Shown here: positions 13,267-27,759 of the stretch, piece after piece
How the letters are laid out: every line of letters starts with the position of its first letter
How positions within the stretch are numbered: position 1 is the first letter of the stretch
Source of the DNA: Octopus vulgaris
Taxonomy: Eukaryota
Assembly (NCBI GenBank): GCA_951406725.2
Contig: OX597835.1
Coordinates: 50,034,001-50,098,000 of the forward strand
Length of the DNA: 64,000 nt
Reading direction: 5' to 3'
Translations under genes and position numbers: made by a program
The notes under the pieces: generated by a model
Seen by the model: the letters and a program-made list of their open reading frames with translations, nothing else
What the model was told of the DNA's origin: nothing
Databases searched by the model: none

Positions 13267-14453
13267 CTATAAAAAGAAGAAACTTGTTTTAAAACAAAAA
13301 AAAAATACAGTTCTGATTTTAAATTTCTAATAATATATCAATAAAACAAAACAAAAAACAAAATTAGGTGCCCAGAAATTTTCATCCAATTTTGAAAAAA
13401 AAAAAGGGGGTTTATGTGTGAGAATGCATCAATGAAAACATTTTGTCACAATGGAGAGTTTAGTCTAAAATCAAGGAACATACAAAGAGAATTTTAATTT
13501 TAGTATTACACCGGGCAATGGATTGGCCGAATCGTTAGCAGGTTGGGGAAAATGCTTAACAGCATTTCATCCGTCTTTACTTTCTGAGTTCAAATTCTGC
13601 TGAGGTTGACTTTGCCTTTCAGTCCTTTAGGGTCAATAAAATAAGTACCAGTTGAGCATTGGAGTTGATGTAATGGACTTAACCTATCACCTGAACTTGC
13701 AGGCCTTGTGCCAAAATTTGAAACCAATTTTATTATTATATAGACAGACAGATAGGTAGAGAGAGTTAGATAGATAGAAGACAGACAGAGACAAATACAT
13801 GTGTGTAACAAAACAGGGGATTGAAAAATTTTGGTATTATTTATGCACCATTACACATGTTCCCTTTGCTAATAGGAATATAAACTTTTACATATTAGAT
13901 ACGTAAGGAATTTCCAATAAGAAATTCATCTAACTACCTATATAATATATTCATATGTATCTATGTTCTTCACTTTCTTTTTTTTTAATTTAGAGTAAAT
14001 TTTAACCGGCCACCAACTTGGTAGCAAGGTTGTGAAGGAAAGCATCTTGTCTTATTCATCTTCCCTTAAATCTTAAGGAATTGCACATTTTTATAGTCAC
14101 AGATATGGTGATCACTTGTATGAATTAAGGATTTGCATTCTCTCCCCAAGATCCCAAGTTGAGCTTCAGACAGGTTGGTATATATATCCTGTGGCTTCAA
14201 TAAATATGTATGTGCATGTTTGTTGTAAAATCTATGTCCTAACTTCATACTCTAATTGTAAATAAGCATCCCTGTCATATAAGCGGTGCTGTTTGTTTGC
14301 AATCTTCCATGAAAATATGTTCAGCCATTGAGCTGTTCATGTTTGAAGAATGTGTGAGGAGGAAAGAGTATCTTGCTTGATAACAAACAGGCGAGGGTTG
14401 GCAATAGGAATGGAATGCCGTGATGAATTCTATCTGATCCATGCAAGTGCATG

Positions 14454-14497
<44 letters not shown>

Positions 14498-15326
14498 TAT
14501 ACCTTTTACCTTTTCACGCATTAGACTGCAACCAGGCTGGGGCGTTGCTTTGAAGAATCTTTAGATGACTGCATCAATGCCAGGACTTATTTTATTCTTA
14601 AAGCCTGGCATTTATTTCATTGTTCTCTTTTGACAAACCACTAAGTCATAAGGGACATAAACACACCAACACTGATTGTCAAGCGATGGAAGGTGGGGAG
14701 TAGGTGACAAACACAGACACACACAGATATATATTTACACATATGATGGGCTTCTTTCAGTTTCCATCAGCCAAATCCAAAAGCTATAGAAGAAAACACT
14801 TGCCCAAGGTGCCATGCAGTGGGACTGAACCCAGAACTATGTGGCTGGAAAGCAAGCTTCTTCAAGCAGATTTTGAGACCAGGCATTGTCCACCTTACAC
14901 TAATTACTCAGGCTGAGCTGCAAAGGTGATGAGTATCGGCCCAACTCCTGCAGCTGGCTATTTTACACATATTTTCTTTAGGATAACATTTTGTGCGAAA
15001 TATATTTTATTTAAGGAATTTTAACCAAAAGCAAACTAAATACATAGAAATGAGAGAAAGAAGAGGAGAAAGAAAGCAAGGACTGGCATTCAAATAGAAA
15101 GTCACATGAACATTTTTGTTTTCTTTTTTATCTTTTGTTATCAATAGAAGCAACTATGTGAATACTTGCTTTTGAAAAGTGAATGTATGGAATGATAATA
15201 ATAATAATAATAATAATAATGCACTTATTGCATACAGTGCTCGGGCGCTGCACTACAATTCTTCATAAAAATTAACCAAAACTGTATGAACAGTGCAAAG
15301 GAAGTGAACAGCAAATAAGTCTAACA

Positions 15327-15358
<32 letters not shown>

Positions 15359-17511
15359 AAGACAGGGTTGGGTTGGGCATCGGGTGTGCTGTTGGTGAAT
15401 TTCAGGAAGCATGGAAATTTTGAAGGATGTTGTATCTCGACTGATGTAGGGAGTCTGTTTCATGCTTCAGCAATGCTGAGCATGAAAGAATGCTCTTCTG
15501 AAAGTCATGGGTGCTGTGTTGCCTTTTGATTGTGTAGAACATGTTCACAAGTGATAGGGATCAGATGGAATTCAAATACATATAAAATCCTTTTATCACT
15601 TTAACTAACACACAAACGGAACATTATTTATCATCATCACTACCATAATTTTAACATCTACTTTTTCATACTTGTAGGGATCAGATGGGATTATGCTGAG
15701 GCAGAGTTTTCAATAGCTAGATGCCCTTCTTGCCATGCCAACCCTCACCTGTTTCCCAGCAAGCAAGGAAACAGCAAACAGCATGGACATGGTGACATGG
15801 AGAATTGCAGATAAACAGCACCGTTTAAATGTGTGTGCACAACATGTGGAGACATGTCAAGACTCCCAAACATGTTTCCATGGATACACTGCAAGAAAAG
15901 AACAACGGTTTTATGGAGAGTGAGGCTTTTGGTTACAACTACAAAACACGTAAAAACGAGGGGAGATATGAACTCAGACAAACACCCACATACAAATGTA
16001 TATAGTAATCTTCTTCTACCAGTTCCACTCACAAGGTAGCTATAGTAGAGGACACTAGCCCACAGTATCCACACAGTGGCACTGAACCCCTAACCATTTG
16101 GTTGGGGAATAAACCTCTTAACCATACAGCCATGCCTGAATCTATAGATGTTTTCATGAAGCATTGTCTGATATATACAGAAATGTTTCAAACTCTTTTT
16201 TTAAACCAAAACAATGCAAGTTAAAATGAACAATACAGGACAATGGCTAACACTGTTGACTGGGATTCCAATATTTCAATGTTAGGACATCTTCTTTGGG
16301 AAATTTACAGAGGAAACGTATTGGCAGCTGATTTCTCTGCAGACCGGTTTTGTTTTAGCTTTTTATAACTTGCATTGTTCTGGCTTTAAAAAGATATTTA
16401 AAACAACAACAGCAGCTGATGCTCCCCACCCCCATCACATTTAATGTTCATTTCCCATTCTGGCATGGATTGGATAGCTTGATGGGAGCTGGCAGGCCAG
16501 GGGACTGCACCAGGCACCATTGTCTGTTTTGGCACAGTTTCCACACATACATATACGTGTGTGTGTGTGTGTGTATATGTATACACACACACATATTTTA
16601 CTATAACCCTGGACTGAGCATTGCCTTGTCTTTGGAGCTGGTAAATGCAAACTGCATGGAAACCCATTGTGTGTGCACATGTGTGTATGATGGTGTTAGG
16701 AAGGGCATCCAGCCATAAAAGCCACTCCAAAACAGACACAGCAGCCTGGTATAGTCTTCCACCTGGCCAGCTCCTGTCAAACAGTCCAACCCATGCCAGC
16801 ATGAAAGGCATACATTAAACGATGATGATATTCATCATTTGTCCAGTGCTCAGTTTTTTCAAGCCAGTGTTGGTTTGACAAACGTTTATTATTGAGAAAT
16901 TGTTTATACAGCTGGAGGCTTTTCCCATCACTAACCCTCTCCTGTTTCCAAAGTAAAGGATTATTATTCTCCTTGACTACATAAACACTGAGTCATGGAA
17001 TGAACTGCAGAATGGGAATTGTTGACATAAACGTCATTGATTCTGCCTCAAGCAATTTCAGGCCAGGATGTTACAAAATGTAAAAATATTCTCACATGTG
17101 CCCACACAATGGGCTTCCAAGCAGTTTGTATCTACCAATTCCAAAGACAAGGCAATGGTCAATCCAGAGTCATAGCAAAATATATTTGCTCAAGGTGCAC
17201 CACAGTGGAACTGAACCTGAAACCACGTGGTTTCAAAACAAATTCCTTAGCCACAGAACCGTGTGTGTGTGTGTGAGTGTGTGTGATGTGACCCTTTATG
17301 CTTTGTAACTTAGCAGTTCGTCCAATTGAGCTTGATAAAATAGCTATCAGACAGAAATAAGTCTTGTGCATGATATAATTGATGAAGCCCTAGAGAGAAG
17401 TGCTCCAGCAGGGCCACAATCCAATGACTTGCACAACCAGTCAAAGAATAAACCAATGCTGAAATATCAACAATACCAAACAAATAAACTAAAAGCAAAC
17501 CAATTCTTTAC

Positions 17512-17652
17512 CTGTCTAAACTTTCTATGAAATAAATAGCTTTATCTTCTAAGACAACACGATGATGTCCCATGTCTCTGTGGTTCCCTAACACCAGTAC
17601 AGGGATTTGGCTTGGAATTTTACCAAGTTCACGCTCAACATAACTGAAAGTC
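17512..17652 (-). CDS. RABL6: RABL6 exon 5
   Basis: TFSYVERELGKIPSQIPVLVLGNHRDMGHHRVVLEDKAIYFIESLD(R) with G4-like NHRD. aag/gtaaag sites, 141 nt. Confidence 0.96.
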
Positions 17653-18909
17653 CTTGAAAACAATAGAAAACAGAAGAAAATGAATATTTTTGTTACCCAT
17701 TTTGAAGTAAATACAAATAAAAGACACATAAACACATACACCTCCCCCCCCCCCCGAGCACTGTATACAAGAAGCTAATTATAATTAATGCAAAGTGGGA
17801 CTGAACTAGCAGAATTAATTAACACATTAGACAAAATGCTTAGCAGCATTTCTTTCAGCTCTACATTTTGGGTTCAAATACCACAGGGGCCAACTGCACC
17901 TTTCATCCTTTTGGGATTGATAAATCAGGACCAGTCAAATACTTGCCCCTCTCCAGAAATATCAGGTCCTGTGCCTTTGGCAGAAAGAATTATTATTATT
18001 ATTATCATTAAAATGGTGAGCAGGAGCATCGTTAGCATATTAATCAAAATGCTTAGTGACATTCCTTCCAGTTCTTTTCATCATGCTCCAATGTCTGCTT
18101 TGGCAGGGTTTCTATGGCTGGAAGCCCTTCCTAATGCCAAAAACCTTCTTTACAGAGCGTGAGCATTTGTGTCTCTTTGTTTTGACATGTCTAACCCAAA
18201 TTAATATTTTTCTTTTCTTTAAAAAATATAGGCTTCCCCCACATGGAAGTATCATATTTCTGAAAATTTTGCTACAACACCATCATCATCATCATCATCA
18301 TCATCATTTAGCATCTGTTTTCTAGGCTGGAATGGCTTCGATGGTTTGAGTGGAACTAGTAAGCCAGAGAGCTGCACAAGGGTCCAGTTTGTTTTGGCTT
18401 GATTTCTATGGCTGAATGCCCTTCCCAACACTAACCCCTTTGCAGAAGTGTACTGGGTGTCTTTTATGTGTCACAGGCACAGTGTATCACTGATACATAG
18501 AATCCCATAATCCAAAACCAATTAACCCCACAAACTTCCATGGTATAGAGAAGACAATGGGGAAAATGCATTTCGTGTTATGTTCTGTAACGCAAAGGAA
18601 TCCTATATTACGCACAATGTCAGCATATTATCTCTTAAATACAAACCGGGTGGAATAAAACAACCATGATGCTGTCTTCTCTTTGATGAGGGATGTCAGT
18701 GGTTTGGTTTCAATCAGTTAAACAAATTTCACTGAATTACTTAATGAGAAATTAAAAAAAAAAAGATTCCAGTTTTTATTGCTCCTGAATAATATATAGA
18801 CTTGATGACAGGGATTTATTGTGAATAAAGAAAGGAGATTCTGCAAGGTTGTTTGATCTGCTAGAAATAGTAGTCAAGTCTCTTTTAAATCACACTTTAA
18901 AAAAACTAG

Positions 18910-19215
18910 CACTCTGTCAGTTATGATGACGAGTGTTCCAGTTGATCCGATCAAGGGAAGAACATGCTCATGAAATTAACTTGCAAGTGCTTGACCATTC
19001 CACAGACCCATGTACTCTAAGTGTAGTTTTCAGGAAGATTTAGTGAGACACAGAATGTGACAAGGTTAGCTCTAAATTACGGTTTTGCCAGCTGAGTGGA
19101 TTGGAGTGACATGAAATAAAGTGTCTTGCTCAAGAGCACAATGCACCGCCAGGAATCGAACTCACAGTCTTAAAGCTGTGAGCTGAATACGCTAACCACT
19201 AAACCACACACCTTC
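18910..19215 (-). mobile_element. tRNA-derived SINE
   Basis: Minus-strand head agtggttagcgtattcagctcac...gagttcgattcctggcgg has A/B-box-like motifs; a similar head occurs near 54000-54080. Confidence 0.6.
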
Positions 19216-19788
19216 ACTTAATCCCACCTGAAAATCTTAAAGGGGAACACATTGAATTATGTAAAGTTAGAGACATTCTAAATATCAGGAAAAGAAAGAA
19301 AGGTGAGGGATGAATAAGACACCTGTGCCTGGGCCCCTATCATCCTTTAGCCTCTCATACCTGGCTGGCATAGAGCTACCAACTCCTCTCCCAGATTCAC
19401 TCTCCTCAGTGACCTCACTAGTGCCAATGCCACAAAAAGGGCACCCAGTACACACTGTAAAGGGCATCCAGCCATAAAAAGCATGAGCAGACATTGGAGC
19501 TTGATCAACCCATGCCAGCTTGGAAAACAGAAATTTAGTGATGATGATGATGATGATGGGGGGGGGGAAACAGTTGCGGCTGGAACACCTTTGATCATAG
19601 GCCTGAGGTCAGGGCTGACTTATACAACCGACGTCTTCAGTAAAAAGCACAACTGATTGCTCAGTTATAATCGACTTCAGTATCTCCCAACATAAATCAC
19701 AACAGATTCTCACCTCAACAAATAAGAGATGCACGCACACACACACACACACACACACACATTTATATGTAAATATGTTATGATTTAC

Positions 19789-19880
19789 CATTGTTTTGTG
19801 ACATCATATACCATGATAACTCCGTTTGTACCTTTGTAAACATCTACAAATTCAGCATCCAGACAATGGTCTTCCATATT
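19789..19880 (-). CDS. RABL6: RABL6 exon 4
   Basis: NMEDHCLDAEFVDVYKGTNGVIMVYDVTKQ(W), matching RABL6 LDAEFLDVYK..NGV. cag/gtaaat sites, 92 nt. Confidence 0.96.
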
Positions 19881-21152
19881 CTGAAGTAAAGAGCAAAATA
19901 CATCAGATGTATCGAGAAACACCAAGAAAATGTAGGCATGTCCACAGCTGAAACATTTAAACCCAAATATTCTCCTTGTTTTGGGTTCAGGCCAGACACA
20001 GCTGGCTTCTCACACCTACCCTACAATGACATTCCAAAAATAAACTATCAAATCATTAAAATCTTGAAGTTAACAGATAATGGATGATCAACTTGAAGAA
20101 ATAAAAAATAAAGAAGATTTACATTTGACAGAGCAATCTGAAAGCTAAAGGGTTAAGTTAGTGCCCCCCCCCCCAATGTATATATATATAGTTACAGGCA
20201 TGGCTAATAAGATCTCTTCCCCACCATATCGTTTTAGGTTCAGTCTCACTGTGTGGCACCTTGGGTAAACATCTTCTATTGTAGCCTCAGGCCAATCAAA
20301 GCCTTGTGAGTAAATTTGGTCAGCAGAAAGTGAAAGAAGCCTGCTGTATGTGTGTGGGTGGGTGTTTGGGTGTTTGTGTCCCCTTGTCTTGACATCAGAC
20401 TTTAATTGTAAATAAGCAGACATTGTGTTAATTTATTTTCCAAACACCACTTTAATCACTACAAAGTTATTTTATTAAATTCTTAATTATTTTGAAAATT
20501 AATTGAAATAAAGGCAAAGGTAAACAAAGGATTAAGATCTGTTTTAACGATCCCTTGTTTCAAAGTTTTTCATAAAACAGAACAATCATCACCATCGTTT
20601 TAATATCTACTTTTCCATGATTGCATGTGTCATATGAGACTACGATGGGGCAGCTGGATACTCTTCCTGATATGCCAAGCCTCACCTGTTTCCAACACAG
20701 GTAATAATCTTTCTCGTCTGAAGAACAGCTTGGACTCTTGTTATGCAGAGAAGCGGAAACAAACACTGTCCAAACGAGCCATTTGTTTACAAAGTCATGT
20801 CAAGAAGCCTGGACCTGTTTTTGCAGTGAACTACAAAGCAAACCTTTTCTATTCTAGGCACCAGGCCCAAAACTTTGCAGGAGGGGTCCAATCAATTAGA
20901 TCGAATCCAGTATGCAACTAGTACTTAATTTATCGACTCTGAAAGGATGAAAGGCAAAGTAGACCTCAGCGGAATTTGAACTCAGAACATAAAGACAGAT
21001 GAAATACCACTAAGCATTTAGCCTGGCATGCTAACGTTTCTGCCAGCTCTCCTGAATGAATGGCGGTGTTTTTGGCCAGAATCTGTGAAGACACATGAAG
21101 ATGAGGCAAAATACAAACAAAATCACAAAAGCACATACATGCACTCAAACGG

Positions 21153-21207
<55 letters not shown>

Positions 21208-21409
21208 GAGCTTCTTCAGTTTCAATCAACCAATTTTACTCACAAGGTATTGGTCAACCAGTGGCTATGGTAGAGGTCACCAGGCAATAGCAGCTCTGCA
21301 GTGGGAGTGAACCCCAAGCTTTGCAGTTCTAAAGCAAACTTCTTAACCACACTGCCGCCATGCCTGCACCTATGTAAATAATAAATAAATAGAAGCAATT
21401 TTTTTGTAC

Positions 21410-21535
21410 CTGGTCAACATTTTCCATTTTTAAACCTTCAATTTTTTTCCTTTTCTTTCCCTTGTCGACAACATCCCAAACTTCAACTTTCACAACATCG
21501 TCCGTAGCTTTATAATTCCACTGGATACTGGTCAC
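21410..21535 (-). CDS. RABL6: RABL6 exon 3
   Basis: VTSIQWNYKATDDVVKVEVWDVVDKGKKRKKIEGLKMENVDQ with the RABL6-type atypical G3 WDVVD. tgcag/gtaca sites, 126 nt. Confidence 0.97.
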
Positions 21536-22509
21536 CTGCAACAGGAACAAAAACAGATCAATTCAAATTAATTACTATAAACCGGTTGAGCATTTATAAG
21601 CAACATATAGGTACAGGTATGACCAGGTGGTTAAACTTCCTTCACAACCACGAAGTTCAAGGTTCAATCCCACTGTACAGTATGTTATTTAGCCCGTTTC
21701 TAGTTGTTTACCTTCAAGTCCGTCCAGAATCTAGCAAAGGTGCCATACAGTGGGACTGAACTTAGAACCACATGGTTGGGAAACAAACTTCTTACCACAC
21801 AGCCACACCTGTTTGTGTACATACATGCATGAACACTGACATTATAACTGGTTATTCTGTACCTACAAAGATCTCTTGAATAAAAAAAATCTTTTGCCTG
21901 AAAATCAGATAAGGGTTGGCAACAGGAAGACCATCCAAACACAAAATTCCACCTTAAATAACTCTCCATTGAAGCCCAAGCAAAAAACAAACCTCTCAGC
22001 TGCTAAATCAACAAATGAATGCCCTCACTGCGCTTTACATTGGAAACCTTGACTGTTCGTTTATTCCATAATACAGAGGTAAGTTGTATCAGAAACAAAC
22101 AACAAAACCACAAACCTTAACTAAAATCAATGAATGAGGTTGTTGTGTTAAACTGCTAATAAAGGAATATAAATTCGGACTAATCCCAAGGGTCTTAAAT
22201 ACTGAGTAAGGATTATACATTCCACATGATAATCCTTACATCAACACTGCTTAAACAGATGGCCATAAAATGAAAGCTGTTTGAACAATAAGCTTTGGCC
22301 AAAGGACTTAAGGAACAAGTGACAAGAGCTTAGTGATGGTGATGAGAGTGTGCGACTGATTAGATGTTTAGTAATGGCCTACAAGTTGACATAAATGACT
22401 AACTATTAGCAGTTCTACACAAACAAATGTAAAGGTGAGTTTAATATTTTCATTCTCTGAGAGACAACCCCATAAAAGGATCAATGATATACTTGAATAA
22501 CTGAATAAA

Positions 22510-22660
22510 GGCACAGATGTAGCTGTGTGGTAAGAAATTAGCTTCTCAACTGCATGGTTCTGGGTTTAGTCGTACTTAGGCAAGTGTCTTCTACTATAGC
22601 TTTGGGCTGACCAAAACCTTGTGAGTGGATTTGGTAAACGCAAACTGAAAGAAGCCTGTC

Positions 22661-22692
<32 letters not shown>

Positions 22693-22860
22693 CTCTCACC
22701 ATTTGACAACTGATGTTTTGTTTATGTCTCTGTAACTTAGCATTTCGGCAAAAGAGACCAATAGAATAAGTACAAGGCTTAAAATAAGTCCTGGGGTCAA
22801 TTTGTTCAACTAAAATTCTTCAAGGCAGTGCTGCCGCAGTCAAATGACTGAAACAAATAA
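22510..22860 (+). mobile_element. tRNA-derived SINE with CORE-like segment (representative of many copies)
   Basis: gctgtgtggtaag...ggttc..ggttcagtcc head, (g)gcaagtgtcttctactatagc body, internal (TG)n. Further copies at about 7630, 14560, 20200, 24410, 36890, 37515, 38660, 53020, 55370. Confidence 0.8.
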
Positions 22861-23112
22861 AACATGAAAAATAAGAAAAAAAAGCATTAGAAGAAGGGAA
22901 ACTAAAAGACCTGATTGTATTTGTTTGTTTGTTAAGGTTAATCCTGAATGAGCAAAAATGATCACAAGCATTCCAACCATGGTCATCCCCATTGACCCAT
23001 ATAGCTGGAAGAGAACTTAACCCAAGGGCCGCACCAATTCTTTAGAAATACAGCCCAGGAAAGGGTTATATCATTTAGAATGAAAATGCCACAAATGTCT
23101 AAGGAAGCCTAC

Positions 23113-23219
23113 CTGGATCTCATCTGTTGGAATATATTCTTCCCGAAACTTCATTCCTTGCAGCCGGTAGAATAAACAGGTTTTACCAACATTTCTATCA
23201 CCACGGATCACGATCTTCA
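23113..23219 (-). CDS. RABL6: RABL6 exon 2 (P-loop)
   Basis: tttcag acceptor, CAG|gtaggc donor. (M)KIVIRGDRNVGKTCLFYRLQGMKFREEYIPTDEIQ contains G1 GDRNVGKT and G2 YIPT. 107 nt, phase 1 to 0. Confidence 0.97.
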
Positions 23220-23546
23220 CTGAAATAACAAAAAGGAGAAACAAAAGTTAACGATAACGAAGCATCAGCAATAATTTCCTTTAATTAGTCACAAAATATA
23301 TTTCATACAAAGAAACCAAAAATAAATGGATTTGAATCCCTTGTGTTACTGATCAATCATACTACATTGGTCCCAGGAGGGGAGGGACAACCGGTTAAAT
23401 GGAAGTAAATAAATAAATAAATATAAAAATTTCAAAAATAAAATAAAACAAGATTCCTTAGGAAAGAGGGGTTTGCAGTGAGAATGGCATCAGAAGTCAA
23501 TCTGTCCTCGGGACATAGGAACTTATTTACAAATTCATTATGTTGG

Positions 23547-23592
<46 letters not shown>

Positions 23593-23813
23593 TCATTTAT
23601 TCTCACTTTTTCATTTTCTTTTATTTGTTTCAGTCATTTTACTGTGGCCATGCTGGAGCACTGCCTTTAGTCGAACAAATCAACTTCAGAACTTATTCTT
23701 TGTAAGCCTAGTACTTATTCTATCAGTCTCTTAGCCGAACTGCTAAGTTATGTGGACGTAAACACACCAACATCGGATGTCAAGTGATGGTGGAGGAACA
23801 CACACATATACAT

Positions 23814-23891
<78 letters not shown>

Positions 23892-24099
23892 GTCGCCATG
23901 TTGAATCGCTAGCTTCTGCACACATTTTTTTCTCTCCTTGTTTCTCTCTGTGTTTCTTTTCTGTGTATCTTTCTGTTGAAGAGCGTAGGCTCGAAATGTA
24001 AAAGACTTGTTTTATTTATATTCCTGACCGCCATACTAATACAATTGTTTGTTTGTACTCCACCTGCCTTCGTCTTTTGTTTATTTTCATAAAGCTTCC

Positions 24100-24320
<221 letters not shown>

Positions 24321-24333
24321 TCATCATCATCAA

Positions 24334-24387
24334 CATCGTTTAACGTCCGTTTTCCGCGCTAGCACGGAAAACGGACGTTAAACGATG
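24334..24387. repeat. 54-bp palindrome of the RTE 3' tail
   Basis: catcgtttaacgtccgttttccgcgct|agcacggaaaacggacgttaaacgatg; one mismatch, centre at 24360/24361. Confidence 0.9.
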
Positions 24388-25301
24388 ATATATATATATA
24401 TATATATATACGACAGGCTTCTTTGAGTTTCCATCTAGCAAATCCACTCACAAAGCTTTGGTCAACCCGAGGCTATAGCAGATGACACTTGCCCAAGGTG
24501 CCACTCAGTGGGACTGAACCTGGAACCATGTGGTTGGGAAGCAAGCTTCTTACCACAAAGCCACTCCCGCACCTATATGTTATTTCCAAAAATGGTTTAT
24601 CATCCTCATCATAAGGGATATATAATCCTAGCAGATATCCTATTTGCCCTTACCAGTTATCAATGCTGGCTAGCCATAGCAAATGTTCATGAAATTCAAG
24701 TTCGTTAAAATTAATTACACTTGGTTAATTGTCATTCAGTAAATCCTAATGTCCTTATAAGGACTGCATAGTGTCCAGAGAGAAAAAATATAAAATATCA
24801 TCATCATCATCGTTTAACGTCCGCTTTCCATGCTAGCATGGGTTGGACGATTTGATTGAGGACTGGCAACCAGATGGCTGCACCAGGCTCCAATCTTGAT
24901 TTGGCAGATTTCCTACAGCTGGATGCCCTTCCAAACGCCAACCACTCCGAGAGTGTAGTGGGTGCTTTTACATGCCACCGGCACGGGGGCCAGTCAGGCG
25001 GTACTGGCAACAGTCATGGAAAATTGTGTTTTTTTTTTTACGTGTCACCTGCACACTGGCACAAGTGCCAGTAAAGCGACACTAGTAACGATCACGCTTG
25101 AATGGTGCTTTTTACGTGCCACCGGCATGGAAGCCAGTTTGTTGCTTTGGCAATCATCATGCTCGAATGGTGCTCTTAGTGCTCCACTAGCACGGATGCC
25201 TGTCATCGAAGTTGATTTCGATTCCGATTTCACTTGCCTCAACAGGTCTTCGCAGGCAGTTTGCTGGCCTTGTGCCTAAATTGAAACTATTATTATCATC
25301 A

Positions 25302-25365
<64 letters not shown>

Positions 25366-25987
25366 GGTTGAAAACTGGCAGAATCATTAGCATGCTGAAT
25401 GAAATGCTTAGCTGTATTTCGCCCGTCGCCACGTTCTGAGTTCAAATTCCACTGAGGTTGCCTTTCATCCTTTCAGGGTTGATAAATCAAGTACCAGTTG
25501 CGTACTAGGGTCAATCAAATCAACTAGACCCCTACCCTCCCAAATTTCAGGTCATATTATTATTATTATTTTCTCTCCCTGTTTATTTCCGTGTTCCTTT
25601 CTGTTGAAGAGCGTAGGCTCGAAACATAAAAGACTTTCTCACTTGCCGAGCATTAAACTAATACATCCGTTTGTTGTTTGCACACCTGTCTTCGTCTTGT
25701 GTTTTTATGGTAATTCTCACTGCAAATACATATATATAACTGGTGCCGGTGCAACAGAAATGCACCTAGTCCACTCTGTAAAGTGGCTGATGTTTGGATG
25801 GGCACCAAGCTGTAAAAACCAAGCCAAAACAGTGAGTGGAGCTTGGTGCAGTCCTCTCATTTACCAGTTTCCAGTCAAACCATCCAACCCATGCCAGCAT
25901 GGAAGATGAAGGTTAAACGTTAAATGACGAGGATGATTTCTACTAACTCACAGCTATTTGCAGTATTTCCACTGACTTAACTATGAT

Positions 25988-26577
25988 TGTAGTGACGTCA
26001 TATTCCAGTGTGCGCACACGCAACGTCATTCTTCAGTGTGCGTGTGCGGAACGTCACCTTTGTAGTGACGTCATGTTCCAGTGTGCGCACACACAACGTC
26101 CTTCTTCAGTGTGCGTGTGCGGAACGTCCTTCTTCAGTGTGCGTGTGCGGAACGTCCTTCTTCAGTGTGCGTGTGCAGGGTTGGAACCTTCTAGAACCTT
26201 CTGGAAAGGCATTAGGAAGTTCCATCATGCACATGCGCTAGAGACTGAGGAATAAATTCCATAGCGTTCCTTAACCAGCGTTCGGGGACTTGAGGCACGG
26301 CGATAGAAGAGAAAGGACGTATTTTCATACGTGTGATCAACCTATTCTCCTGTCCCAGACGCTTGGGATTTAACCTATCTATTGCTGCTGAATTGTTGTA
26401 AGAATGGATACCAGTATACCATCGTGTTTCATTTTTGTATAAGAGAATAAAGAATTATATATTTCTAAACTTGCTTTTCGTTCCTGACTGGTAGTTTCTA
26501 GAAACAAAAAGAAAGGAAATTGTGTTGCACCCAAGTTGTACCCCAAAAGTGTAAAGAAGCAACCAGTTACCTTTACA
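25988..26577 (+). mobile_element. Solo LTR (probably Gypsy)
   Basis: TGTA...TACA termini, 4-bp TSD TGAT (25984-25987 and 26578-26581), AATAAA near 26446, internal 73-bp and 29-bp repeats. Confidence 0.85.
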
Positions 26578-27539
26578 TGATAATAATAAGAATGATTATG
26601 ATTTCAAATTTTGGCACAAGGCCAGCAATTTCAGGAGTGGGGAGGTTAAGTCAATTTAATTGAGCCCAGTGTTCAACTGGTACTTTTTTTTTATTAACCT
26701 CAAAAGGATGAAAGGCAAAGTTGACTTTGGCAGAATTTGAACTCAGAATAGAATTATGGACAAAATACCACTAAGCATTTTGTTTGACATGGTAACAATT
26801 TTGCCAGCTCACCAATAATGATGACGATGATGATAATTTCAAATTTTGGCACAACGCCAGTAATTTCAGGGGAGGGAGTAAGTCGATTACATTGAACCTT
26901 CAGTTCAACTTGCAAAGTTGACCACGGTGGAATTTGAACTCAGAACATAAAGACAGACAGAATGCTGCTGCTACGCATTTCACCTCCAAGTGCCAACAAT
27001 TGTGCCAGCTTGCTACCTTTGTTGTAACAACAACAACAGCAATAGTTTCTGATTTAGGTGCAAGGTCAGCAATTTTAGAGGAAAGGGGTTAGTCTATAGA
27101 CTATCCTAGTATGCAACTGGTATATTAAAGTTTAGTGTGATCTTGCCTTTCATGTTGCTGGGGTTGACAAAATAAAGAACCAGTCATACACTGGGGTTAA
27201 TATAATCAAATTTCTGGTTTTAGTATCATTATTATTATTGATTTCTTGGATAGGTATAAGGTGACAAATTTTGAGGAATGTGAAATCAGATACATAACAA
27301 TGGTAAAGCAGTTAATTTGTAATTTGTTTAATGAAGCTATCAATGAAAGCCATTGGACCAAGAGAGGACACCTTGTTATGTTGGACATTAGTACAATAAA
27401 CTATTCTGCTCATACAAAATGACTGATAAATTTGTCTTATGACAGATAAAATAGCAGAAAGAATTTACAGAGAAGAAATGATAGGTGTTGCATCATGTAA
27501 TTCAACTCAGCAATAAGGCTGGATTACCCAGTGAGTGAT

Positions 27540-27638
27540 TGATACGACTAATGTGACTGGTGCAATTGATGCGATTGATGCAATTGGTGCAATTTATGCA
27601 ACAGATGCAATTGATGCGACTGGTGCAATTGGTGCACA
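27540..27638. repeat. 9-bp minisatellite (TGCAATTGR-like)
   Basis: tgcaattga tgcgattga tgcaattgg tgcaattta tgcaacaga tgcaattga tgcgactgg tgcaattgg. Confidence 0.8.
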
Positions 27639-27759
27639 GTTTTGGTTCTGCTACTGAACATGTATTTTTTTTCTCTCTAAAATTTGGAGCATATATTATT
27701 CTGTCTAATACAGTAGATGCCATTCATTATTATCAAGTAGTGATTGTTATTAATATTAT

